DNA of 64,000 nt, taken from the NCBI GenBank assembly GCA_028534125.1, contig CM052816.1:9240001-9304000 (forward strand), read 5' to 3'. The translations under genes and the position numbers were made by a program. This DNA is from Lama glama (taxonomy: Eukaryota). The notes below the pieces were generated by a model. The model searched no databases, was not told the origin of the DNA, and saw nothing but the letters and a program-made list of their open reading frames with translations. Positions 13,015 to 24,322 of this stretch are shown piece by piece; position 1 is the first letter of the stretch, and every line of letters starts with the position of its first letter.

Positions 13015-13523
13015 AGGCCATTCATGAAATATTATTAATAGTTACTCTCAAACTATTATAGTTTCTTGTGCTCTGCAACATTTTGGTGGGCAGTGAAAGT
13101 GTGGGCATATTAGTAGACTGCTTTGTGCCTGAGAACAATGTCTTATAGGTGGTGTTGGAAAACAGGTTGAGAACTAGTCTCAGCTCCTTACCCTGATATT
13201 CAAGTGGTCACAGCCTACTTTTATAAACTTTTCACTCTCTGTTTCTTTATGGGTGGACGGCTCTATTTCAGCCAAAGTGGACCTTAAACAAATCTTAACT
13301 TTCTTCCCTCTCTGTCATGGGTCATGTTGCTCCCTGCACTTAGAAACTTCTTTGGGTTCCTTGAATGTCCCAGGCTCACTCCCCACCTTAGGGTTCTTGC
13401 TGTATCCTCTCTCTGGGGTGTATCTTCTCTAGACAGCTTTTTATACAGCCCTCTCCTTTCTGTCATTCAGATCTAATTTCAAATAGTAAATGCTCAGAAA
13501 GTCCTTCTCTGATCATGTCTTCT

Positions 13524-14289
13524 TCTTTTTTCTTTATTGAAGTATAGTCAGTTTACAATCTTGTGTCAGTTTCTGGTGTACAGCAGAATGCTTCAGTCAT
13601 ACATTTATATACATGTATTTGTTTTCATATTCCTTTTCACCATAAGCTACTGTAAGATATTGAATATATTTCCCTGTGCTATACAGTATAAACTTGTTTA
13701 TCTATTTTATATATACCAGTCAGTATCTGCAAATCTCAAACTCCCAGTTTACCCCCCAACCGCCGCTGGCAACCACAAGTCTGTATTCTCTGTCTGTGAG
13801 TCTGTTTCTGTTTTATATATAAATTCATTTGTCTTTTTTTTTTTTAAGATGCCACATATAAGTGATATCCTATGGTATTTTTATTTCTCTTTCTAGATTA
13901 CTTCACTTAGAAGGACAATTTCCAGGGCCATCCATGTTGCTGCAAATGGCATTATTTTATCATTTTTATGGCCGAGTAGTATTCCATTATATAAATATAC
14001 CACAACTTCTTTATCCAGTCATCTATTGATGGACATTTAGGTTGTTTCCATATCTTGGCTACTGTAAATAGTGCTGCTATGAACATTGGGGTGCATGTAA
14101 CTTTTTGAATTAAGGTTCCCTCTGTATATATGCCCAGGAGTGGGATTGCTGGGTGATATGGTAAGTCTATGTTTAGTCTTTTGAGGAATCTCCATACTGT
14201 TTTCCACAGTGGCTGCACCAAACTGCATTCCCACCAACAGTGTAGGAGGGTTCCCTTTTCTCCACAGCCTCTCCAGCATTTATCATTTG
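13524..14289 (-). mobile_element. Lineage-specific L1, 5'-truncated (ORF2 C-terminus plus 3'UTR), inserted in an L2
   Basis: ORF track 13952-14356 gives [45 protein letters not shown] (L1 ORF2p C-terminus); T-rich tail; TSD tgatca(tg/ca)tcttct at 13510-13523 and 14290-14303. Confidence 0.95.
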
Positions 14290-14699
14290 TGATCACATCT
14301 TCTAATACTGCCTCTTCTTCACCCCATCCCATCACCCTGCTATTTTTTTCCTTCATAGCATTTTCTTCACTATCTGAAATGACTTCATTCTTTTATTTGT
14401 TTATACCTTTCCTGCATCTTCCTCAATGGAATGTTCTAGGAAATCCAAAGGCTTTTCAGCTCATCCCTAGCTCAGTGAATCAGCTTAGAGGCTCAATACA
14501 ACATTGTCTGAATTAACAAGTGACTGGACACCTTTTTCTCTCTCTTTAAACCCACTTGTGCTCGAAGGCCAAGCCCACATCCTTAACTTGCACCATAAAG
14601 TGTGTTTTGATCCTTTCCCCCCATTTGCATCATGCACAACTTCTTGTCTTTCAAGTGGAAACTTTAATGTCACACCCTTCAAAAAACCACCACTGCTGA

Positions 14700-14940
14700 C
14701 CCAGCTCAAGCAGTTGTTCCCATTACTTTATTAGAGAGAGAACCCCACTCTTTTCCTTCAGCTCACTCCTCTGACTTGTCATTCTACATTTACTTACTTG
14801 TGCACTTATTTTTTATCTCTTCCCACTGGAAGTTAAGCTCTTGGAGTGGAAGGTTGTGTCTGCCTTGCTCACCAGTGTATCCCTAGGGCCCAACATGGTG
14901 TCTGGCATATACACTAGGTGCTCCAGAAACTTGTGAATTA
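14700..14940 (+). mobile_element. L2 3' end
   Basis: cccactggaagttaagctcttggag..tgtctgccttgctcaccagtgtatccctag..gtgtctggcata. Confidence 0.75.
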
Positions 14941-15169
14941 AGAGAGGGTATCCAACATGGTCTGTCTGTATCGCTTCCCTGGAGGATAACTATCCTTTCC
15001 CGTTACCTTCAGCTGGTCTTTATATCTTGCAAAATCCTACATGTAGGCAAATATTTTGTAAGCTCCTTGGAAACAGGAACTGGTTCCCTATTTATACCTC
15101 TTCACTCCAGCACCCTGGGTTTCCTTAGACTAGTTTTTCTGACTATCTATGCCACAAATATTAAAAAGT

Positions 15170-15350
15170 ATTATGAGGAAACTGAGTTCTGTAGCAAAAA
15201 GTTTGGTTAGGACTAGGTTAAACTTAAAAGCTTTTTTTAAATCGCAGAACTTTACAAGGATTTTTAACATGGTAGGGCATACTGTAAACCTCTAAGAGGA
15301 GGGAAAAACTAGTCAGCATTGTCCAAACTTATTCAGACATTGAATCCTCT
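15170..15350. mobile_element. MER103C-like hAT MITE
   Basis: ctaggttaaac..gcagaacttt..cagcattgtccaaacttatt. Confidence 0.55.
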
Positions 15351-15390
15351 GTGTTCTTCATTCAAAGACTCATTTTAGGTGCCTTAAGTG

Positions 15391-15890
15391 NNNNNNNNNN
15401 NNNNNNNNNNNNNNNNNNNNNNNNNNNNNNNNNNNNNNNNNNNNNNNNNNNNNNNNNNNNNNNNNNNNNNNNNNNNNNNNNNNNNNNNNNNNNNNNNNNN
15501 NNNNNNNNNNNNNNNNNNNNNNNNNNNNNNNNNNNNNNNNNNNNNNNNNNNNNNNNNNNNNNNNNNNNNNNNNNNNNNNNNNNNNNNNNNNNNNNNNNNN
15601 NNNNNNNNNNNNNNNNNNNNNNNNNNNNNNNNNNNNNNNNNNNNNNNNNNNNNNNNNNNNNNNNNNNNNNNNNNNNNNNNNNNNNNNNNNNNNNNNNNNN
15701 NNNNNNNNNNNNNNNNNNNNNNNNNNNNNNNNNNNNNNNNNNNNNNNNNNNNNNNNNNNNNNNNNNNNNNNNNNNNNNNNNNNNNNNNNNNNNNNNNNNN
15801 NNNNNNNNNNNNNNNNNNNNNNNNNNNNNNNNNNNNNNNNNNNNNNNNNNNNNNNNNNNNNNNNNNNNNNNNNNNNNNNNNNNNNNNNNN
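15391..15890. other. Assembly gap (500 N)
   Basis: Run of N; the round length suggests a placeholder size. Confidence 0.99.
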
Positions 15891-16980
15891 AAAATAACAC
15901 ACAACACATAATGAGTGATCAACAAGTGTTAACTGATATTATTATACTAAAAATAATTTTTATTATTGCTGTAGAATCAAAAGGTCAGTTGTAGCCTCCT
16001 TGGTGTCAAAATCAAATGCTGTGATATTCTCCATAATCTTTATTTTTGGTGTTTTCCTTTTAGAGAAATCCAGTGATTTGGAAGTTCAGTGGTTCCTGAA
16101 CTAGTAGTAACGTTGCTTATCAGTTCTAGTCCCATGCAAAGAGAAATTGGTCTAATTCATCTGTTCACATCATGATAACTATGAACGGATACCCAGTATT
16201 TAGCATGGGTTCTGCACCAGCTGCCCCACCACCTTTCTCTTTGCCTCTATAGCCCTGTGTCTCCATGTGCCATCTCCATTTCTTCTCCTCCTACTCATCT
16301 GCTCATCAGCTACCAGAGAGTCTGGCTTCTGCCCCCAGCTTGCCACTGAAACTGGCTTCCCAAAGGTGACCGACAACTTCCTGGTTTCTAAATGCAGTTC
16401 ACATTTCTTTGTCTGCAGACTACTTCTGCCTTCAGGAGTTATTCTCTTTGCAGGATTCCAGGACACCACACTATTCCTCCGTACGCATTGTCCTTGCTGC
16501 TTTTCTGGCTGCTGCTCATTCTCCAGTCATTTTTGTTCTTTTCAGTCTTATTCTTTGGCTCAACCCTTCCCTGTTGGTGTTCTTCAGATTCTGTCCGGCC
16601 TTCTTATCCTCTCACTACACGCTCCTCCCAAGGGAATCTCATTCACTCCCAAGGCTCAGTCATCAATCAGATACACAGAACTCTAGCCCAGCTCCTTCTC
16701 CTGAGCTTGACTCTACCTTCTCACTGGGCATTGCTACCTAAATGCTACAGAGGTGCTTCAACCCAGCTTGTCCTCAGGTGAACTCATTACCTCCTCCCAC
16801 AAAATGACATCCCCACCCCTGACTTCTGTGTCCCCTCTGTTAGTAAATGGCACCTCATTTGGCAGATTACTTGATCTACCTGTACGTGAGCCTCATCCTA
16901 GCTTCCCATTTCCGCCCCTCTCTCACCTCCCCATATTCAATTAATGTCTAACAGCTTTCCTTGCAGCATATTTCTGGGAC

Positions 16981-17637
16981 TGTTAGAGCGGGCAGATAGC
17001 TAGATATGAGCAGAGAAAGGGGAACATAGACCAAATGGCAGGAATTGGGCAGAAAGAAGGGGCACAAGCCAAATGCAGGAAACCATACATCATGTAAGCA
17101 CCAGGGGTCCCTGGGCAGAGAAAGAAAAGCAGAAACCTTTCGGCTGATAAGGGGTCACACCTTTTGGGGTGATGAGTGACCTGGAGACCAACAAAGAAAG
17201 GTGAGAAAAGGCAAGAATTTCCAGTGTCCAAATGTAACCTTTTGCTCATTATGCCCTTATTTCAATAAAATTAGCCTTGCAGATCAGAAGTACCCATCAT
17301 GCACTGACGCTGTGACGCTTCTGATCCAGACTAAATAAGAACAAAAATCCCTTCTCCTTTTGGGAAGGTGGAGTTGGGATGGTAATCAGGGAATATGACC
17401 CCAAACCCTTCCCTCCCCAATGAATATTCTGCCCATTCATTTTTGCACCCTATGTGATTAACTTGCCAAAGAAAGACAAGGCAGCCGCTCACCTGAGCCT
17501 GTCCGCTCTCCCCTGAGAGTGACTATCCATACTTTATTAAATTCTCACTTTACTTTTTTTAACCACTACGTCTTGTCTCTGAATTCTTTCTGGGATGGGA
17601 CAAGAACCTGGAACACCAGTTGCATCCACCGGCAGCA
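16981..17637 (+). mobile_element. ERV1 solo LTR (MER50/MER87-like start), 657 bp
   Basis: TG..CA termini (tgttagagcgggcagatagctagatatgagcag..ccggcagca); 4-bp TSD ggac at 16977-16980 and 17638-17641; ATTAAA at 17536-17541; U5-like tcttgtctctgaattctttc. Confidence 0.9.
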
Positions 17638-17742
17638 GGACCAGATATCTTTTTTCCTTACTTCTTCCATTCTGGTTCTCACATCATCATCTCTCTGCTG
17701 TTTGACTGCAGTAGCCTTCTAATTGGCCTCTGGGCCTTCATT

Positions 17743-18200
17743 TTTCTTTCTTTTTTTTGAATTCCCAGAAGCAAAGGAAAGCTTTATTCTTCCATCAAAG
17801 AATAGAGAGGTGCAAGCTCCTGCTCTAGAGCACATGCCCGCCCATAAAGGCTGTGGGCAGGGCTGCCCTATAGGGTTCGTGCAGTTCTCGCGAGTCTGGC
17901 ACAGCCGTGGCGCTCTGGGACTGGAGGGCAGTCCCCCGTGCAGCGTCTTGGCGCACGGCCAGCCACCGCCATCTTGAATTGCGGTGTCGTGCGCCGGGTT
18001 TCTACACACAGCTAGCCGCCCAGTGACGAGTCCGGGAGCAGACGTTTTGCACCAGGTCTGAGGTGCCGGTTGGTGAAGCCTCTGCACGGCACTCCATGAG
18101 CAAGTGAAACTAGACTAAGCACATGGAAGAAAAGGTTAGACTTTATTTTCTTACCCACGTTCTATTGTTTCCTGGGAGTTGTTCGTGGGCTTTGCCGGTC
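17743..18200 (-). mobile_element. Poly(A)-tailed, TSD-flanked, CpG-rich retrocopy of unknown, probably LTR-derived, origin
   Basis: T-rich tail at 17741-17758; minus-strand AATAAA at 17783-17788; TSD ggccttcatt at 17733-17742 and 18201-18210; no L1 or tRNA similarity seen. Confidence 0.85.
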
Positions 18201-18669
18201 GGCCTTCATTCTTGACGCGTTCAAATTATTCTCCACCGGGCTGCCAGAATTATATTCTGTAGATGGAAAACTGACCCTGATGCTTTTCTGCTTCAAACAC
18301 TTTCAGTAGTTTTAAGGGTCAATTTAAATGTGGTAACTGAGCTTTCAGGGCCCTATGGCATCAGTTCCCTGGTTACCCTTCTGGCCTCATTTCTGCCTCC
18401 CCTACCGCCCCACCCCCACCCCGTCCCTTGTCCCCCAGCCCTGTCGGTAAAGCACATGCAGTCCTCCTGAGCTTTCAGTTCTTGGAAAGTGTCCCCACAT
18501 CCTTGTCAGGAGCCTCTTAAAAAACTGCAGCCCATTTTTTAGGTCTTGGGCAGAGACTGCTTTTTCCACAAAATTTTGCTTTATACTTGGGTCTGGGCTA
18601 GGTCTTCTCCCTGGTTGGGCCTCGGAGGGGCTCATCTGACAGCTCTGTGCCCTTCCTTGAGATTTGTTT

Positions 18670-18830
18670 AGAGTTTGGGCTCTGGAGTCAGGCCACTGGG
18701 ATCTGAATTCCAGCTCTGCCACCTAACTTCTGTTTACCTCAGTGAGCCTCATGTTTTTATCTGTAAAATGGATCTAATAACACAAACTATGTTATAGAAT
18801 TGCGTGTTTACTGAAATAAGGATTAAATGG
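18670..18830 (+). mobile_element. MIR SINE
   Basis: ggctctggagtcagg..gaattccagctctgccac..atctgtaaaatgg. Confidence 0.8.
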
Positions 18831-19482
18831 CATTTAATTCATTACTTGTACAATTAATTGTTTAAAATCTATATTTTTAATTTGAATTTAAGTTGTGTAA
18901 GGGCATGGGCTGTGTCCACCACTGAATGCCCAGCCTGTGTTATAGTGCAGGTAGCAGCTCAACAAAAAGACATTGAATAAATTATTAAAGGTAACTTGAT
19001 ATTTTGATTATTTTAAAAAATTTTTAACATTCTTAGTAGTCCATTGCATAAATGTTCCAGAAATGATTTAACTCTTCACTTATTTTTAGATGTTTAAGCT
19101 GTTTCAATTCTTCATTATTTTAAATAATATTGTGACAAATATTCTTGTGCATAATTTTGTTTATATCTTAGATTTTTTAAGTTCCTTTTCTAAAAGAGGA
19201 GTCTTCTTCTTGTGTTTTGAAAATGTTCCAGAACTCTATTCTATTTCCATTTTTATTGCCTACAAAACATTCACACTTAATGTTTTGTGACTTTTTCTTT
19301 CTCTCTGATGGCTTTGGAGTAAATAATATCCAAATCCCAGGGCTCAGCCTTACTCAACCTTGCTGCTCTCCATGCTTGGAGTAGATGTTCTAGCTCCTAC
19401 ACTGGAAGCTACCAACATTTAAACCTTATTAAATGTATCAGGTTACAGAGGGGGAGTAAAAGCAGATTATTATTTTTTATTC

Positions 19483-19835
19483 TTCTTCCTCTTCCTCCCC
19501 TTCTCCTTTCTCTTCACCTCCCTCCTCCTCCTTCCACTGCCTTCCTCCTCCTCCTCCACATCCTCATCTTCCTTCTTCTTCTCACACCCAGCTTTTTGAA
19601 GACAAAAAGATAAAACTCTGAAAAAACAGTAAAAATATAATTTCTTTCTATTGTGGGTAATTAAGGGAGAAAGATAGTAAAAAGACGGGAAGCAGAGAAA
19701 GAGGAGAGAGTGAGAGAAAGAAGGAAAGCTAGAAAAAGAAAGAGAAAAAGAGAAGGGAAAGAGAAGAGACCAGAAACAACATTTTAGGATAGAAAGAATA
19801 ATTAGAGAATGAGAGAGGAGAAAACAGAAGAAAAA
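19483..19835. repeat. Low-complexity (CCT/CTT)n tract followed by a GA-rich tract
   Basis: Pyrimidine-rich 19483-19585, purine-rich 19690-19835. Confidence 0.8.
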
Positions 19836-19949
19836 ATCACCGATACAGGAAAATGTACATTTGGGGCCATTTTTATACATTCCTTTGATTCAAATTTTAT
19901 CTTACAATCTTTCAGGGGTTTGAAGAAGCTATTTTGATTCCCTAAGATA

Positions 19950-20170
19950 AGTTTTTATTTTTGCTTTTCTCCAGGGTAAATTTACCTTTTTGTTCCTCTG
20001 GGGACAGTTTTCATATTCCTCATTAATCCAGCTACCCTTTTTGGGTAGTATTCAGTTTGTCAGCTTCCCTGTTAAAGTGTGGCGCTCAGAGTTGGATGGG
20101 GCATTCCTGAGTGTTCCTGGTGTAGCATGATGAACAGAGAGCACAACAGGACTGTCACTTCCTGTGCTTG
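19950..20170 (-). mobile_element. L3/CR1 fragment
   Basis: cagtttgtcagcttccctgttaaagtgtggcgctcagagttgga..acaggactgtcacttcc. Confidence 0.6.
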
Positions 20171-20506
20171 GCACGTGGGCTTCAATTTACTCTTTTGCTG
20201 TCTCTCAAATATTTATATATAGCAATGATCTTGAAACTTTTTGGTATTAAATCATCCTATTCTCTTAAAAAAGTGACTGAACAAACGGAGTTTGTTTATA
20301 TAGATTATATCTACTAATATTTACCATGTAAGAAATTAAAACATGTCAGTTTTTAAAATATTGATTTGTTACTTCATTAAAAATAACAGATAACAAAAAT
20401 AAGCCCATTACATGTTAACATAGTTAACACATCTTTATGAAAAATTTTCAAAGACAAAAAATAATATTAAGAAAAATGACGTTTTATTTCTTTGCATGTC
20501 TTTTTT

Positions 20507-20534
20507 ATATAGATTTTTATTGAAGTATAATCAG
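20507..20534 (-). mobile_element. Ultra-short L1 3' end (~28 bp)
   Basis: atatagatttttattgaagtataatcag lying between two copies of gcatgt(c)ttttt. Confidence 0.6.
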
Positions 20535-20545
20535 GCATGTTTTTT

Positions 20546-21601
20546 ATTACATAGATTTTTATTGAACTCTAGTCAGTATACAATGTAGTAACAATTTCTG
20601 GTGTACAGTACAATGCTTTGGTCACACATGAACATACATATATTCATTTTCATATTCTTTTTCACTGTAAGTTACTACAAGATATTGAATATAGTTCCTT
20701 ATGCTATACAGTATAAACTTGTTGTTTATCTATTTTATTTATGTTAGTATCTGCAAATCTTGATCTTCCAGTTTATCCCTTCCACCCCTGGTAACCATAA
20801 GTTTATTTTCTCTGTTTGTGAATCTGTTTCTGTTTTGTAAATAAGTTTGTTTGTGTCTTTTTTTTCCCCCAGATTCCACATATAAGTGATATCATATGGT
20901 ATTTTTCTTTTTCTTTCTGGCTTACTTCACTTAGAATGGCAATCTCCAGGTCCATCCATGTTGCTGCAAATGGCATTATTTTATTCTTCTTTATGGCTGA
21001 GTAGTATTCCATTGTATAAATATACCACATCTTTTTTAATTCAGTCATCTGTTGATGGGCATGTAGGTTGTTTCCATGTCTTGGCTATTGTAAATAGTGC
21101 TGCTGTGAACATTGGGGTGCATCTGTCTTTTTGAATTGAGGTTCCCTCTGGATATATGCCCAGGAGTGGGATTGTTGGATCATATGGTAAGTTTATTTTT
21201 AGTCTTTTGAGGAATCTCCATACTGTTTCCCATAATGGCTGCACCAAACTACATTCCCACCAACAGTGTAGGAGGATTCCCTTTTCCCCACAGCCTCTCC
21301 CATATTTATTGTTTGTGGACTTTTGAATGATGATCATTCTGACTAGCGTGAGGTGATACCTCATTGTAGTTTTGATTTGCATTTCTCTGATAATTAATGA
21401 TATTGAGTATTTTTTTTAGTGCCTATTGGCTATTTGTATGTCTTCATTGGAGAATTGCTTGTTTAGGTCTTCTGCCCATTTTAGAATTGGGTTGTTTATT
21501 TTTTTGTTATTAAGTTGTATGAGCTGTTTGTATATTCTGGAAATTAAGCCTTTGTCAGTCTCATTATTTGCAAATATTTTCTCCCATTCCGTAGGTGGTT
21601 T
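20546..21601 (-). mobile_element. Lineage-specific L1, 5'-truncated (~1.05 kb)
   Basis: ORF track gives [42 protein letters not shown] and MWYIYTMEYYSAIKKN; 16-bp TSD tttgcatgtctttttt at 20491-20506 and 21602-21617. Confidence 0.95.
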
Positions 21602-22899
21602 TTTGCATGTCTTTTTTAACATCTGGCTCAATAGAAGACAACTTGATTCTCATATCTGATTCTGCATTTAATCTGTTGGAAATGTGCTGCTTTGTTCAAG
21701 TGTATACATAAAGTCTGGCCTCACTCAGAGGCATAGTTGGAAAATGGAGGGATAGTTTAATGGTCTTTTTTAGATAATTGTGGGTATTTTTCTTTGATAT
21801 TACACCAAAATTGACAAGTAGTAGTTTCTGAAATGGTAGTTGCACTGTGGACTAGGGAAGCATATAAATGAACTTTTCATATTTTATTACATGTGATCCA
21901 TTGGTTTAAGTTATACTTTAAGTGGATATTTTACCCATGCATGATTTAGTAAGATCATATATTGGTCTTTGGGAAAATACTAGTTCACTGAGTTATGCTT
22001 ACCTTCCAAATGTTAACACACTTTGTTCTATAATACATATATTTAAAAAATCACATCTTTAATTACCATCAACCTCATTCCAAAAAGCTTTAAGTATTGG
22101 GAAGCTGACAAGCTTATGGTAGCAGATATAACTTCTAGACTTTACCTAAAAGCTTGAATTGTATCACTGGCAACAAACATTGGTAGTGATTTTCCTTGAA
22201 GCGACAGGCTCCCTTCATTTCAGAGAAAATGTCTGCCAAACGTCTACATCTGAAATACAGAGTTTGTTAGGCAGTCAGTCCTTCTTTCAAGTAAAAAAGT
22301 TTTTTCATGACAGAAGTGGCTAATTCACATTGCAAATGAAACATCTGCAGGAGTGTTTTTCCTGGAGACGACTATTGTATTGCAGTGTCCAGCAGAAGTA
22401 CTTTATGCCTGTCTTGATATTGTCACGCGGAATATTAATAAGAGGTATCCTGAAGTGTCAAGAATTAATAAAATTAACAACATTTATTGCTTAATTAAAC
22501 ACAGTGTTAAGTGAAAGCAGATTTTTTTTGTCTTTCATACGTAGCAATAAAGAAGACAGTGGTGAATTGTGCAGTTGGGAGTCACTATTTTAATTCATGG
22601 TACGGAGCCAGCAGTTTTACCTGCCACTGCTTTTACACCGTTGGTGGTAAATATCACCACAGTGAAAAAGGCAAGGAAGTATTATCTTGAAATTAGTATT
22701 GGCTTTGTGGATCCCTTGAGAGGATCTTGGGGGCCCTGCAAGTTCTATGGACCACATCTTGTGAATTGACTGTTTTCAGGATGCCTAGTACAGTAGTTTC
22801 ATTAGTTATGCTGAGTCTTACACTGATCTTATCAGTGATAGCTGGGCTGTCACCAACAGGTTGGGGGGGTCTTTAAAGAGAGAACACTAACAGCAACAG

Positions 22900-23115
22900 G
22901 AACTAATATGTCTTAGGTGTTGGGTCAGATGCTTTTTTATACATTACCTCATAGCAACCCTTGAGGTAGGTTCTGTTTTATCTCCATTTTCAGATGAGGA
23001 GAACGAAGATCAGAGAGGTGAATTAATTTGCTGAAGATCACACAGCTGGTAATCAGGAGATCCAGTATAAAGCTCCCGGCAGTCTGACTCCAGAGCCCAT
23101 GCTCAAACTGCTTTT
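22900..23115 (-). mobile_element. MIR SINE
   Basis: ctcatagcaacccttgaggtagg..ctccattttcagatgagga..tcacacagctgg..gtctgactccagagccc. Confidence 0.85.
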
Positions 23116-24265
23116 TTAGGCTAACAGGATGGGCACAGTGAGGGAACAGCACGTCAGAGGGGCAGGAGATCAGAGCAATGACTGAGAGTCTTGGACCCAA
23201 GGGTGTAAGCAGCAATTAAAAGATTTCCTCCAAATCTGTTTTCCCACCTGAGTCTTACAAAAGCCCTCTGAGTCAGCTAGTCAGAGTTCTAATTTCCATT
23301 TCATAGGGAAGGAAGTTGATGCTACTTAGCAGAGAGGGAGCTCTCCAAGCCCCAGAGTCATATACTGGGAGAGTTTTACCTTCTCACCTTCTTGGTAGCT
23401 TTTTCCCCTTTGGGGTGCCCCACTGTCAAATGCTGTGATGGGGAATTTGGCAAAGCAAGCAGTGGTGTCACTGATTCTAGAGAGGGAGAAAGTAAGGGTA
23501 AGCACATTAGCCCTGGTGCCATAGAGGAAAGGTGACCCGAGGTCTAGCCAGCAGTGAGAGCCCTTCTCACCCCTGTGTCTGTGACTGACACTCAAAGTGG
23601 TTCCCATTCTGGGGATGCAATTCCCCATCAAGCTGGAAACAATTTATCTGCCAGCAAAAAGGGAGATGTGGAGGGGTTAGATGTGAAGAGAGAGCAGGTC
23701 AGAAAAGTTCCTTGAAGCCTTCGAGACCGCTGACAAGGAAATTTGAAGGAACAGAGAAAAAGGTGCCTAAATGCAGCCCAGATCTCTCTCTACAGAGGGA
23801 GAAACTGAGTCCTGCAGTGGGGAGGAAATTTGCCAAAATCACACTGCCCAAAAAGTAAAAATGCTGTGCTTGCCCCCAGGCCGCTGAGGTTTGCTTCACG
23901 GCACTCTCCAAAAAGAGACAATATCTGATAAATAGAGCGAGCCTGCCTGGGTTCTGCTGTCTGAGAGCAGATGGAGGCACACATGGCAGCCAAGGTTGCT
24001 TTGTAAAGAGAAGTCCACGCTCTGGGACACCTGACCCTTCTGTGAAATTCTTGTGAACATAAAATGAAAACCAGGATAGAATTCCATTGGTTTCTCAGGA
24101 CCCTTCCCTGGGGTTTGTGATGGTGTTTCTTCTGCATGCCACTCTGGGTGGTGTTTCAATTCCAAGCAGGTTTCATAGTCCGTTCGCTCTGAGATTCCTT
24201 CCCTTCCAGTGTGTCGGTTTTGCCTGCGTCGATTTTGCCTTTGTTCTTTTGTTTATATTCCCTAG

Positions 24266-24322
24266 ACAATCAAGTTCCTGAAAGTTACAGGCCTTCTGGA
24301 TGCGGAAGAGGGGAAATTTCAG
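24266..24322 (+). other. Candidate 57-nt internal exon, host gene unknown
   Basis: Pyrimidine tract with no AG over 24210-24263 ending ccctAG; donor CAG/gtcagt; length divisible by 3; two open frames. Confidence 0.35.

Larger units (their letters stand above)
16230..18670 (+). mobile_element. L2 element interrupted by a solo LTR and a poly(A) retrocopy
   Basis: gccactgaaactggcttcccaaaggtgacc..ttccaggacaccacact..; removing both inserts rejoins ccttctaattggcctc..cattcttg..attctccacc..ctgccaga colinearly with L2. Confidence 0.75.
20223..22772 (-). mobile_element. Charlie1a hAT DNA transposon, apparently end to end, interrupted by L1
   Basis: caatgatcttgaaactttttgg start; cccattacatgttaacata; tctggctcaatagaagacaac..ttctcatatctg; ggaccacatcttgtgaattgactg end; about 1.45 kb once the L1 is removed. 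Confidence 0.85.

Noticed and set aside
13952..14356. 134-aa ORF with real protein similarity (also 20803-21631)
   Set aside because: L1 ORF2p C-terminal fragments of truncated retrotransposons, not host genes.
15351..15925. Long X-filled ORFs
   Set aside because: Artefacts of the N gap.
19470..19880. 136-aa ORF and apparent fold-back between pyrimidine and purine tracts
   Set aside because: Low-complexity composition explains both; no specific inverted repeat could be aligned.
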